IMG/VR virus record: IMGVR_UViG_3300029875_000005
Location: 11,208-75,207 of that record
Origin: a virus
Length of the DNA stretch: 64,000 nt
Strand: one strand, 5' to 3'
In this document: piece by piece, positions 28,531-37,516 of the stretch
Numbering within the stretch: the first letter of the stretch is position 1
How the letters are laid out: every line of letters begins with the position of its first letter
Translations under genes and position numbers: made by a program
Notes under the pieces: model-generated
Told to the model about the DNA's origin: nothing
What the model saw: only the letters and a program-made list of their open reading frames with translations
Database searches by the model: none

Positions 28531-28800
28531 CTACTTATTTTTATGACAAGGACAGCTCTTAGCGTGGATAACACAAACTCCATGTTTCGTGTCCACAACT
28601 AGATAATCGTGTCCTTCCTCAGTGAATACTGTCGTACCAATCTTCTTTGCAGGTTTATTGATATTAGCAAACGAGCGAATGCCCTCAAATATCAATGTTC
28701 CTACAAACAAACACAAGACAAACCAAACGGCTGACTTGATTAAGTTTAAAATCTTATTCTTCATCTTCACACATTTTATTCCATATATTAACACACCCAA
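28531..28800 (-). CDS. Small membrane protein
   Basis: TM segment AVWFVLCLFVGTLIF. The start is probably the internal MKNKIL at 28764. Confidence 0.45.
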   Translation of the reverse strand: MGVLIYGIKCVKMKNKILNLIKSAVWFVLCLFVGTLIFEGIRSFANINKPAKKIGTTVFTEEGHDYLVVDTKHGVCVIHAKSCPCHKNK

Positions 28801-28887
28801 CGAACTCTTCGACTTCTTCTATACTATTCAATATAATAGTAATGCTTCCATCTTCGTTCCAGTGCTGATTACTTACATCTACCATAA

Positions 28888-29289
28888 CTATTCCTCCACT
28901 TTTACGCCAAATGGAGTGCAATCGGCAAAGGTAAATTTTTTAATAGTGTCATCAAACCACCATCCATCATATCCATTTAACCTGAATCTATTGTTTAGCA
29001 TTGTGATAAATGAATAATATCCGTTTTCTTTGCTCTTCAACCACCCAAACGGCTGGTGCTTTTGCATTTCTGCCCAGCACTCTTCTGCATCCTTGAATGG
29101 GCGGTACTTTGATTCGGGCTTAACACGGTACTCTGTATTATTCCAAAACTCAATCTCTTTCATTTCCGCCCAATCATTCGGAACACTTGTACCTTTTACG
29201 GCACTCGGCTTTGTCCTACACTCAATTGCCTTTCCTTTAGCAAAAGCTTGCAGAATAGGATAAAATTCTTTAGCTTCTTCTCTTGTCAT
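28888..29289 (-). CDS. Hypothetical protein
   Basis: 133 aa, in operon order. Confidence 0.55.
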   Translation of the reverse strand: MTREEAKEFYPILQAFAKGKAIECRTKPSAVKGTSVPNDWAEMKEIEFWNNTEYRVKPESKYRPFKDAEECWAEMQKHQPFGWLKSKENGYYSFITMLNNRFRLNGYDGWWFDDTIKKFTFADCTPFGVKVEE

Positions 29290-29395
29290 ATTCTATTTAT
29301 TTCTTTTACAGTAATATTAACACGGATTGAGAATCCATTAACTATTTTATATACTCTATGACCAACATAGATAGTTTTAATCTCGTAAGAGTGTT

Positions 29396-29734
29396 TCATT
29401 CTTTAGTTTTTGATTGATTCTTATAAAACTCTGGAACTCTATTTACTTCCCACCAAGAACCTCCTTCATCACCACGAGATTCTATCCATACAGGTTCTTT
29501 AGTATCTTTATCTTGACAGTATACAGTACCTAAAACTTCATCATGTCGAAAGATAGAATCTACTTCAAAGTCTAAATCTTCTAGAGTAGTATAAGACTTA
29601 CAATAACCATCCCTATCACGATTATAATCTCTAGCAAAAGATTCTTCATCATTACATAGGTCTATTTTGAGTATTTCTAGGTTATTCTCTTTAACAACTT
29701 CTAGAAGAGACTCTTTGATATTCTCTTTGCTCAT
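29396..29734 (-). CDS. Hypothetical acidic protein
   Basis: 112 aa. Confidence 0.55.
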   Translation of the reverse strand: MSKENIKESLLEVVKENNLEILKIDLCNDEESFARDYNRDRDGYCKSYTTLEDLDFEVDSIFRHDEVLGTVYCQDKDTKEPVWIESRGDEGGSWWEVNRVPEFYKNQSKTKE

Positions 29735-29892
29735 TGCTTATCCTCCTTTGTATTACATGTTGCTTGGTCTCCTTCATAGTAAGGAGCACCGACTTTAGGT
29801 AATATCTGAGTGTTCCTGTTACAAGAACATTGCATCACCCAAGGTGCGTTTACCTTACCACACCTAGGGCATATCCATCCTTCTTGTGCCAT
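29731..29892 (-). CDS. Small zinc-ribbon protein (53 aa, not in ORF track)
   Basis: My translation is MAQEGWICPRCGKVNAPWVMQCSCNRNTQ.... CPRC and CSC pairs are present, and the stop overlaps the next start (ATGA). Confidence 0.45.
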   Translation of the reverse strand: MAQEGWICPRCGKVNAPWVMQCSCNRNTQILPKVGAPYYEGDQATCNTKEDKQ

Positions 29893-29912
29893 ATTGTATT
29901 TAACTTTACTTA

Positions 29913-30248
29913 TTATTTATCCTCATTTAATTTAAACTGATTTGATAAAAATGAATCATTCTTTATCAAGTTGACAATTTCTTCTTCCGAATGAATGCCT
30001 TTCCAAAATAGTTCGGTATGTGAGCCCCTTCTTTCATCATCTATAGAAAACGGAACACCATAATTAGTATAAACCTCTCCGTGATGCTTGATGAGATGGC
30101 GACCAGGATTCTTTCGGATATTATTTATCCAAGTTTCATTATCGCATTCGCGCCATATCTCATACTCTGCCCCTGTCAGCGTTTTGTCAATGCCAATAGG
30201 ATAATGACCGGAACACCCATTTGTTCCAAAATAAATAATCTCTGCCAT
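29913..30248 (-). CDS. Hypothetical protein
   Basis: 111 aa. Confidence 0.55.
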   Translation of the reverse strand: MAEIIYFGTNGCSGHYPIGIDKTLTGAEYEIWRECDNETWINNIRKNPGRHLIKHHGEVYTNYGVPFSIDDERRGSHTELFWKGIHSEEEIVNLIKNDSFLSNQFKLNEDK

Positions 30249-30313
30249 ATTCTTTTCTTTTTACCCTCTCCCTTTTACAGGAGAGGGTGGTTAGTTACTA
30301 CATACTAACTTCA

Positions 30314-30721
30314 TTAACTTGCGCAGTCAGGAGCTTCTATGATGCCCGCATCAACCATACGATTTCTAAGAGCATTATAGTACTCCTGCATTCCAGAAGC
30401 TTGCTTTACCATCATCTTGTACTGATAATCGCCAACTTTCTCTCGGAAGCCATCCTTCTGTAAAGCTGTATTCAACTTAGTCAAGCGGTCATAAAGCTCA
30501 TCATGCTCAATACGAAGTCTATCCTTAAAGTCATTGTAAGACGCATAAGCTTCATCAAACACACTCTTAGGAGACCAAGACTTATATCCGTCTTTGTACT
30601 CTACCAAGTAGCCATCTTCCTCAACGGTTGCTGGCTTAATTTCTCTACCAAGCACTTTCTGTGCTTCTGTCATAGTCATAGGCTCTGCCATAATGACCTT
30701 TGTTCCAATGTACTGTTTCAT
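30314..30721 (-). CDS. Phage protein with N4 Gp49 / Sf6 gp66-like N-terminus
   Basis: N-terminal MKQYIGTKVIMAEPMTMTEAQ matches my memory of that family's start. Confidence 0.4.
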   Translation of the reverse strand: MKQYIGTKVIMAEPMTMTEAQKVLGREIKPATVEEDGYLVEYKDGYKSWSPKSVFDEAYASYNDFKDRLRIEHDELYDRLTKLNTALQKDGFREKVGDYQYKMMVKQASGMQEYYNALRNRMVDAGIIEAPDCAS

Positions 30722-30759
30722 TATATTACTTATATTTATATCCCATAAGGGATGGTTAG

Positions 30760-30945
30760 TTACTCTGGTGTCTTCGTTGTATATTTATCAGATGAAATGT
30801 GCAGAAACACATAATCGCCATCACTGGTAGTCTCGTTAATATCACAAGAAACACCTTCTGCTTTGTCAAATACAAGCATTTCACAATCTTTGCCTACGAA
30901 GCTAATGTAAGATTGCAAATGCCCTATCAACTCACTTGCTTTCAT
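30760..30945 (-). CDS. Hypothetical small protein
   Basis: 61 aa, flanked by conserved intergenic linkers. Confidence 0.5.
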   Translation of the reverse strand: MKASELIGHLQSYISFVGKDCEMLVFDKAEGVSCDINETTSDGDYVFLHISSDKYTTKTPE

Positions 30946-30977
30946 ATTACTATCTATTTATATCCTTTGCAGGATGG

Positions 30978-31130
30978 TTAATAAATCACAACACAATCAT
31001 CAAATACTGATACACTATCAACATTCAGAGGTTGCCCATTTTCTTGTGTACCATGAGAATATGGGAAGTTGACTTCCATAGTCTTATCCTCAATCTTTGA
31101 TAATTCATCAATTAATTCTTGTACTGTCAT
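30978..31130 (-). CDS. Hypothetical small protein (50 aa, not in ORF track)
   Basis: My translation is MTVQELIDELSKIEDKTMEVNFPYSHGTQENGQPLNVDSVSVFDDCVVIY. It is flanked by the same linker cassette as its neighbours. Confidence 0.4.
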   Translation of the reverse strand: MTVQELIDELSKIEDKTMEVNFPYSHGTQENGQPLNVDSVSVFDDCVVIY

Positions 31131-31157
31131 ATTACTACTATTTATGCCCAAAAGCGA

Positions 31158-31463
31158 TTAACTAATCTTTTTGATACTATCAATTTCCATACTCCATAGT
31201 ACAAACTCTCTATTGGAGCGAGTGCCATCTTTCTTAGTAGGGTTGATTCTTACTTCAATCTCACCATTATAGCCACTGTAACCTCGTTTAGGGACGATGC
31301 TTGTAATCCAACATACATCACATCTAGAGCAGCTAACTTTGTCTCCAACTTTGTATGGAAGACTTTCGATGTAATCATTTACGTAAGAACAAATCTCATT
31401 GTTAGCATCATTGATAATGCTTAGTTGCTTGGCAACCTTTGCTTGTAATTCATCTTTTTTCAT
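31158..31463 (-). CDS. Hypothetical protein
   Basis: 101 aa. Confidence 0.55.
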   Translation of the reverse strand: MKKDELQAKVAKQLSIINDANNEICSYVNDYIESLPYKVGDKVSCSRCDVCWITSIVPKRGYSGYNGEIEVRINPTKKDGTRSNREFVLWSMEIDSIKKIS

Positions 31464-31599
31464 ATCTTTTAAAATTATGCCCGAAGGCGTTAAACTTTCA
31501 TTTCATTTATGATGCAAGGGTTCTCTTCATCAAAACTGCATACGACCCCCTGCAATGTGCAATACCCTTGGTTGCAATATTCACAATAATCTTCCATAT

Positions 31600-31968
31600 C
31601 TACACCTCCATTTCTGAGTTAAGTCCTAGACCGAAGAGAAGATGCTGGAGTTGATGAACAAAACTAATACTAGCAATATTATGTCTGTCTAGACCTACAC
31701 ACACCAAGAACTCACCCAAAGTTGTCATATCTTTTGTTATATACAGATAAGCTCTTTTTGTTGGCAATCTATACCAACCATAACCATCATCCTTCCATCC
31801 ATTTTTCTCTAGAATCTCAGGAGTAAGAGGAACTCCAGATAATCTTACTGGGCTTACTGGATGCCTTACATAAGATAATTCATAACCATTTGAAGCAAGT
31901 ATATCTATAATAGTATGTATTCTGTTTTTATACATAACAATATCACCAATAATAAACTCCTGTTTCAT
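31600..31968 (-). CDS. Hypothetical protein
   Basis: 122 aa. Confidence 0.55.
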   Translation of the reverse strand: MKQEFIIGDIVMYKNRIHTIIDILASNGYELSYVRHPVSPVRLSGVPLTPEILEKNGWKDDGYGWYRLPTKRAYLYITKDMTTLGEFLVCVGLDRHNIASISFVHQLQHLLFGLGLNSEMEV

Positions 31969-31994
31969 ACGCTTAATTCTTTCTTAATCATAAT

Positions 31995-32423
31995 CTATTC
32001 ATCCTTATCTTTTAGTTCAACGAAATCTCCAATACCCAAACGAGCTTTATTGATGCAATCACATATCCACCCCATAAGGTATGCCTGATGCTCATTTCTA
32101 CCATTATACATTCTTTCCAAATCGCATGCATCGTTGATAGACGACAGAACATGAAATGCCTCATGACAGATATTCTTCATAGTCATGTCTTTCTTCTTCG
32201 GGAAGACGACAAGATTGCCGATGTATCCAGCTTTACTCATACATTCGTCATAAACCATACCTCCGTATTTTCCTTCATTCATAGGACTGTCGTTGTGAAC
32301 AAGAGGTTTGCCTTTCATGTCGGTAAAGCATTTGTCTATTTCTTCTTCGGATGTATTGTACATCACCCAAAGTCTCCTTGGGTAAATCTGTGGTATATAT
32401 TCGTAATATCCTTTCTTCTTCAT
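31995..32423 (-). CDS. Minimal HExxH zinc-metallopeptidase-like protein (paralogue-type of 5702..6082)
   Basis: NICHEAFHVLS (HExxH) followed by NEHQAYLMGW. The spacing matches HEMLH...EEACYLLGG in ORF 5702..6082. Confidence 0.55.
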   Translation of the reverse strand: MKKKGYYEYIPQIYPRRLWVMYNTSEEEIDKCFTDMKGKPLVHNDSPMNEGKYGGMVYDECMSKAGYIGNLVVFPKKKDMTMKNICHEAFHVLSSINDACDLERMYNGRNEHQAYLMGWICDCINKARLGIGDFVELKDKDE

Positions 32424-32425
32424 AT

Positions 32426-32647
32426 TTATTTTCCTTTCTTTTTAGGAACATACTCATCTAACTCATCGTCAAACTCATAGCAGTCTGGGCAGTAGTGCTT
32501 ATCACCTATTTCTGCCCATTCGCTTTCCATTGCTTGCTCTTTTGCAGTTCCTTCGTCCAACCAAGCCGCAATACCGTTAAACTCATCAATGAAGGTCTTT
32601 CCACATCTGTCACAAACGACAGAGTACATAGTTACTGGCTTAATCAT
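32426..32647 (-). CDS. Zinc-ribbon protein
   Basis: CDRCGK ... HYCPDC. Confidence 0.55.
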   Translation of the reverse strand: MIKPVTMYSVVCDRCGKTFIDEFNGIAAWLDEGTAKEQAMESEWAEIGDKHYCPDCYEFDDELDEYVPKKKGK

Positions 32648-32999
32648 GGTTGCCTCCCTCCTTTGGCAGTAAATCAGATAAATAAGTCCACTTATCTATT
32701 TGGTAAATAGAAACTTTCTCATCCCAATTTTCTATAGGAGAACGCTCAAAATATAACGCTTCTAACAAACCGTACTTATCCAAGTAAGCAATATTAACAT
32801 CTTTAATTTCAGGCTCTTCACTAGCAGGATGCCACAAGTCCTTCAAGAACTCATTGATAGCCCACTTAGCGCCAGTCTTGAAGCTATCTTTGCCCCTAAG
32901 ACAAATCATTTCTTCCTCAACCTCGCCACTATTGTATCTAGCATACTCTGTCTCAATATGCTTATTAGCAGCTTCTTTTATTTTCTTATCGTCTATCAT
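32640..32999 (-). CDS. Hypothetical protein
   Basis: 119 aa, with overlapping start and stop relative to its neighbours. Confidence 0.55.
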   Translation of the reverse strand: MIDDKKIKEAANKHIETEYARYNSGEVEEEMICLRGKDSFKTGAKWAINEFLKDLWHPASEEPEIKDVNIAYLDKYGLLEALYFERSPIENWDEKVSIYQIDKWTYLSDLLPKEGGNHD

Positions 33000-33217
33000 A
33001 ATCTACCCTTTCTTTTTCTAAGTTCTAACATTCTCCTAGTTCTACGGCTTTCCTTGCCACTAGGAGGGTTACCACCAAGCTTTACTTCTGGGATTTCATA
33101 ATTCATATAGATGGAAGCTTCTTCATTGAGTGCCTTAACTACTTCTTCTTCAATCAAGACTTCTTTAAGTGATACACCAGTTGGTGTTACAATTATCTTT
33201 GCATCGTCTCTAATCAT
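32996..33217 (-). CDS. Hypothetical small protein
   Basis: 73 aa with a basic C-terminus. Confidence 0.5.
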   Translation of the reverse strand: MIRDDAKIIVTPTGVSLKEVLIEEEVVKALNEEASIYMNYEIPEVKLGGNPPSGKESRRTRRMLELRKRKGRL

Positions 33218-33219
33218 AC

Positions 33220-33618
33220 TTACTCCTCATCTTTAGTTCCATACTCCTGTTGTAACTTCTTGACCTCGCTCACGAACTTACTGACATCAATATCACAATC
33301 AATTACCTCTTGATGGTTTTTGATAGCGTCTTCTATCAGATGGGTGCATTCTTCGGTAAAACCACAGATACGATCACCTTCGATGGTGTAGAGATACTTG
33401 TGGGTGTTATAGTAAGCACACTGACAGAGAGATAAGCCCTCTGAGTTGAGGCGGTCCCGTACATCGGGATTGTTGATGCGAAGGACCACCATCTTACCCT
33501 TACTAGAATAGTACTTGCGGTATTTGATTCGGTCTGCAACGATGATTGCTATAGCTACCAACCACAGGATAGATAGCACGATGATAACATCTATTTGAAT
33601 TGTATTCATAACTTTCAT
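33220..33618 (-). CDS. N-terminally membrane-anchored protein
   Basis: TM segment IDVIIVLSILWLVAIAIIVA. Confidence 0.55.
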   Translation of the reverse strand: MKVMNTIQIDVIIVLSILWLVAIAIIVADRIKYRKYYSSKGKMVVLRINNPDVRDRLNSEGLSLCQCAYYNTHKYLYTIEGDRICGFTEECTHLIEDAIKNHQEVIDCDIDVSKFVSEVKKLQQEYGTKDEE

Positions 33619-33632
33619 TTTTTATTGTTTGT

Positions 33633-34340
33633 TTATCTTAATTCGGTCATTCTTCCACGATTTTGAATGTTCAGTTCCTTATTGACATCATGTAGGCTGA
33701 CCGATGGCAATGTATGCGTATCGGGGTCTAAACCCTTCGACTTGCAGTAGTTTCTCCATGCCTCTATGCCATGAGGTTTCTTTGCATCCTCTATCGCTTT
33801 CAGTCGCTCTTCTTCTTTTCTGCGCTCGTCCTCTACCCTTCCACGCTCAAGCAGAAGTTCTTTTTCGTATGAATCAAGTGCTACCATTAAATCTTGTGGA
33901 TTGATGGTAGTAGCAGTAGACTTGTCTTCATATTCATGCTTATACTGATACAGTTTTCCATACTTACCTTCCATTATTCGAATAAAGGCGTAGTCGAGTT
34001 CAGTTGTAGTCCAATAATAGTACTTTGTGCATAATCTCGTTGCAAGCATTTGTATCTGAAACTCCGTGACTATATCGAAGACTCCAAGAAAAGTGAAGAG
34101 TTCTATCAGCCTGCCCTTTACCCATCCGACGAGTGAGCGCAAGCCACCTTGCTTCTGAACACTGAGCAAGGTAGTTGTACTTTTACATATAGCACTCGTA
34201 AAGGAAGCTGGTCGGACATAGTTCGGTTTATCCTTGATAATCGGAACCAAGGATTCTTGCAGCCTTTGCTGCGAGATTGACAGATCGTTGTTGTTCATAA
34301 TCTTGCTTTTGGATGATTTCGTCATTCCAGCACTCGCCAT
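33633..34340 (-). CDS. Hypothetical protein (replication-module position)
   Basis: 235 aa. The listed start overlaps the upstream gene by 113 nt, so the true start may be an internal Met. Confidence 0.5.
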   Translation of the reverse strand: MASAGMTKSSKSKIMNNNDLSISQQRLQESLVPIIKDKPNYVRPASFTSAICKSTTTLLSVQKQGGLRSLVGWVKGRLIELFTFLGVFDIVTEFQIQMLATRLCTKYYYWTTTELDYAFIRIMEGKYGKLYQYKHEYEDKSTATTINPQDLMVALDSYEKELLLERGRVEDERRKEEERLKAIEDAKKPHGIEAWRNYCKSKGLDPDTHTLPSVSLHDVNKELNIQNRGRMTELR

Positions 34341-34716
34341 TAAGATAAGTGAGTGGGTCTTTTCTGTACACAGGGTCGGGCGTGGATGCTACGTAAAGGG
34401 GTGTAGCTTTCATACAAGCTACCTTATCGTTAAGGCTTAACTTCTTCCACTTAGCCTCTGCTTTCTTGCGGCCTCGTTTTTTATTGTAGGCATTCCACCA
34501 TTCCTCAAAAGGCGGTTCGAAGACCAACATCTGTTTTTGCTCTTCTTCAACCTCCAAGTCTACCGTCTCCACTTCGGCATTATTGTCGAACAACTCAGAA
34601 GGCTTGTAATACTTACCCGTAAGCGCCCATCTTGCACCGGCAACAAAAGCATCTTGCAGGGGTTCACTTTCCGAATATTTATTAGCCTCCGAATGGATTT
34701 CCTTTAACGTTTTCAT
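34228..34716 (-). CDS. Conserved phage protein (possible replication/recombination helper)
   Basis: Contains FEEWWNAYNKKRGRKKAEAKWKKLS, a pattern I recall from phage replication-module proteins. This is unverified. Confidence 0.5.
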   Translation of the reverse strand: MKTLKEIHSEANKYSESEPLQDAFVAGARWALTGKYYKPSELFDNNAEVETVDLEVEEEQKQMLVFEPPFEEWWNAYNKKRGRKKAEAKWKKLSLNDKVACMKATPLYVASTPDPVYRKDPLTYLNGECWNDEIIQKQDYEQQRSVNLAAKAARILGSDYQG

Positions 34717-34737
34717 AAGCTATATGATTTTGATGAT

Positions 34738-35169
34738 TTATACCCAACCGGCACCCGAGTTCTCGAGTTCTCGCTTGCAATATTGCAAACCAACTTGATC
34801 GTCGGGTTCCGGAATCATGATACTGCGGACATTTGCGTAATCTATCACGTTTCGGATAACGCTGCTAGCCTCTGCTGTATTGAGGGAAGTGAGAGGCTTG
34901 TATTTGCGGTTGCCTGTCTTGTCTACCTCATCGGTATAGAAGATGTAGCTGCAAACGTTGCGCTGAATATCACGAAGCGTTTCGTAGAAGGTCTGCCCTA
35001 ACTTTAGGGCGAGATAGCTAATCATGAAGTGAAGATAACAAGACTGCTTATCGGTCTGAATGGGGTGGAACTTCTTTAATTCGATATTATACCCACACTC
35101 TTTGGCTTTTTGAACTTCCTTCACGATTCTCAGATAGTCGCGAGGATCATTAGGATTGTATACACTCAT
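34738..35169 (-). CDS. NinB/Orf-like recombination mediator (tentative)
   Basis: 143 aa. TDKQSCYLHFMISYLALKLG and TSLNTAEASSVIRNVIDYA...IPEPDD resemble the lambda Orf layout. A nin-like context (NinG, RecT) supports the call. Confidence 0.4.
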   Translation of the reverse strand: MSVYNPNDPRDYLRIVKEVQKAKECGYNIELKKFHPIQTDKQSCYLHFMISYLALKLGQTFYETLRDIQRNVCSYIFYTDEVDKTGNRKYKPLTSLNTAEASSVIRNVIDYANVRSIMIPEPDDQVGLQYCKRELENSGAGWV

Positions 35170-35179
35170 ATTATTATAA

Positions 35180-35767
35180 TTACATTAGATTGATTACTAA
35201 ACCCTTGCAAGCATAGTCGGTTGGTACACCGAGGACCTGCTGGAATTTGTTTACGGCAACATCGGGGTTAAGATGGCGTGCTGAACCATGAATGAGGACG
35301 ATGCGCTTGGCGGTATTGGCTGCCTTGCATTCGTTGAGATACTCGATAGAGTGAGCCAGACTCATGTGGGAAAGACGGATGCGGTCGGCTTGGCTGACTA
35401 TCGTCTTGCCTTCGTTTACGGCTTTCTCTAGGAGAGAATCATCATAGTTGCATTCTGCCAAGAAGTACCGGCACCCTTGAACTACATTTTCCATATTGTA
35501 GCAATCGGTGAAGAACATCATGGTTCCCATTTCCGGATGATGAATGAGGAAAGAGAAGCAAGGAACATCGTGTTCTACCTTCATCGGGGTGATACTGAAA
35601 GCACCTAGATGATAGGTCTGTTCTTTAATCATGCCTTTTACTCCCTTGCATTTCTCGGATAGCTCTTCGGTAGAGTAAGCATCGATTCCTGCTTTCAGAA
35701 AGTCTTTGGCATTTTTTGCATGATCGCCTTTCAGCCGTGGGAGTGACTTATAATCACTCCCACGCAT
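35180..35767 (-). CDS. MBL-fold hydrolase (YycJ/WalJ-like), C-terminal 181 aa of a split gene
   Basis: From ...GDHAKNAKDFLKAGIDAY onward it carries MBL motifs VEHD, FFTDCY, AECNYDDSLL, RIRLSHMSLAH and LIHGS. The listed Met and first 14 aa are probably not native. Confidence 0.7.
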   Translation of the reverse strand: MRGSDYKSLPRLKGDHAKNAKDFLKAGIDAYSTEELSEKCKGVKGMIKEQTYHLGAFSITPMKVEHDVPCFSFLIHHPEMGTMMFFTDCYNMENVVQGCRYFLAECNYDDSLLEKAVNEGKTIVSQADRIRLSHMSLAHSIEYLNECKAANTAKRIVLIHGSARHLNPDVAVNKFQQVLGVPTDYACKGLVINLM

Positions 35768-35904
35768 TTTGATGTTTTGAGGTTTGCAACTTTCTTTACT
35801 TCCTGCAACGGACGACCTGCCTCTATACAGAGCTGCTGACCATTACTAGCCTCCAGTACGTAGGCATTGCCAAGACTATTGCTATTTACGACTATTAACT
35901 TCAT
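35731..35904 (-). CDS. MBL-fold hydrolase, N-terminal 57-codon fragment ending ...ISHSHG-stop
   Basis: My translation is MKLIVVNSNSLGNAYVLEASNGQQLCIEAGRPLQEVKKVANLKTSKCVGVIISHSHG*. It starts 2 nt after the recT stop and is not in the ORF track (under 60 aa). Confidence 0.65.
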   Translation of the reverse strand: MKLIVVNSNSLGNAYVLEASNGQQLCIEAGRPLQEVKKVANLKTSKCVGVIISHSHG

Positions 35905-35906
35905 AC

Positions 35907-36809
35907 TTAACTCAAACTAAACTTTTGAGCCTGTGGCTGCTCATCATGTACTTCCTCGGCATTCACGACTTCACCGGTGTCATTACTGATTGTGATAACG
36001 TTCTTTGCCTCGGCAAACTCCTCATCACGCTGAACGATGGCAGAAGGAGCCTCATCAAGGTTCGTAATGTCATTTGATTCGATAGAGAGTTCTCCCCACT
36101 TCGACAGGAGTCTTCTGAGAACAGTCTTGATGGCCATACTTTCGAAGTTGGAATACCATCCTACGCCTTCGCCACTTCCGTTGGCAGCCTGCTTGAGAGC
36201 AATTTCCTTCAGTTTCTCTGCATCAACCTTTTCGCTGAACTTAACGGTAGGACTATACTGCTTTGCATAGCGACATACCTCATCAAGGGTCATATAGAGA
36301 AGTTTGGTAAGACCATCCTTCTTCTTGAAGTAGGCGAAGTAACCGATTGGAGTATTTGAAATCTGAGCACCCGAAAGATCAAGCTTTCCTGTAACCTTGT
36401 CGTAATGGTTGAACTCGCCTTCGTATACGACATCAGCGTTGATTGTCTCGTACTTGCCGGTACGCATAGCCAACTGGAGATAGCCCTTCGTACCGATAAC
36501 GAGCGTAGGAGTCATTACTCCTTTGTTCTTGAACGGAAGGAGATATGCCTGTCCTAGCTGCTTATTGAGAGGCAAGCGAAGGGAGGCTGCTTTCAGAGCC
36601 TCAGCCATCAAATCATTCGGTTTGCACTGGAGCAACTTTTCATCGGATGAAAAGATTTCCATAAGTGAGGTGCAGAAAGCACCTTTATTCTCCTTTAGTG
36701 AACTCTGCAACAGGCTTTGGTAATAACTATTGTTCATTACCGCCTGAAAATTCTTAACTGCTACTGCCTTCTGAGAAGGCTGTGCTTTTGCTACTGCTGT
36801 TTCTGCCAT
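35907..36809 (-). CDS. recT: RecT-family single-strand annealing recombinase
   Basis: LPLNKQLGQAYLLPF...LVIGTKGYLQLAMRTGKYETINADVVYEGE is the RecT core pattern. Confidence 0.85.
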   Translation of the reverse strand: MAETAVAKAQPSQKAVAVKNFQAVMNNSYYQSLLQSSLKENKGAFCTSLMEIFSSDEKLLQCKPNDLMAEALKAASLRLPLNKQLGQAYLLPFKNKGVMTPTLVIGTKGYLQLAMRTGKYETINADVVYEGEFNHYDKVTGKLDLSGAQISNTPIGYFAYFKKKDGLTKLLYMTLDEVCRYAKQYSPTVKFSEKVDAEKLKEIALKQAANGSGEGVGWYSNFESMAIKTVLRRLLSKWGELSIESNDITNLDEAPSAIVQRDEEFAEAKNVITISNDTGEVVNAEEVHDEQPQAQKFSLS

Positions 36810-36811
36810 GA

Positions 36812-37063
36812 TTACTTCTCCTCTTCTTTATGATTGATTAATTCCTTAGCGATACCAGCCAAGGCTATTGTTCCCAAAGCAAGGTTGATTTCACCACTTT
36901 CCGGAAAAAGTTCTTTTGGATCAACCTCTACGCTATCGTGGTTATCTAACCACTCCTTTATCCGGCTCGAATCCGTTCCGTCCTTCATGCCTCCTCCTAA
37001 CGCTAGAGTACCTTTGATAAGGTCTTTGTCAACCAACATTTCTAATTTTAAAGTTTCTGCCAT
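36812..37063 (-). CDS. Hypothetical protein
   Basis: Start taken at MAETLKLEM. The listed upstream extension is unlikely. Confidence 0.5.
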   Translation of the reverse strand: MAETLKLEMLVDKDLIKGTLALGGGMKDGTDSSRIKEWLDNHDSVEVDPKELFPESGEINLALGTIALAGIAKELINHKEEEK

Positions 37064-37082
37064 GATTTTTATATTATTAAAT

Positions 37083-37511
37083 TTAATCTTCTTTCTTTTC
37101 AAAAGAAATATCAATTCTACTAGTCCAACTTTTCTCAAAACTTCCAATTAGACCATCAACAACAGCCTTAGCGACTGCATTAGAACCTGCCTTTGACGTA
37201 ATCTGCTTTCTTACAGCCTCTCTTATAGCTTCAGCAGATTCATCTATCTGCTTCTTCACTTCGTCTTCAACGAGTTCTTTAATACGTTTGTTGAGGTTTA
37301 TTTCTATCCAGCTATATCTGTTATCTCCACTATAGCTAGAGATTTTTCCATCACTATTGACTTTTGTCGTGAGAACAGCATTAACCATATTGGTAACAAC
37401 ACCTTCCCAACCATTGAGCGCCGAAAGAACATGAGCCTGTATCGTCTTCTCTATAATCGGCTTAATCATATCCGCAGATAGATTAAGAGACATTAAATTA
37501 TTTTCTGCCAT
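37083..37511 (-). CDS. Hypothetical protein
   Basis: 142 aa. Confidence 0.55.
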   Translation of the reverse strand: MAENNLMSLNLSADMIKPIIEKTIQAHVLSALNGWEGVVTNMVNAVLTTKVNSDGKISSYSGDNRYSWIEINLNKRIKELVEDEVKKQIDESAEAIREAVRKQITSKAGSNAVAKAVVDGLIGSFEKSWTSRIDISFEKKED

Positions 37512-37516
37512 AATTT

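Noticed and set aside
35725-35770. Programmed -1 ribosomal frameshift as the explanation for the split MBL gene
   Set aside because: No X XXY YYZ slippery site is present. A -1 product would read HSHGLKGDH, inserting three residues into the HxHxDH metal site. Only the 8-nt skip restores the motif.
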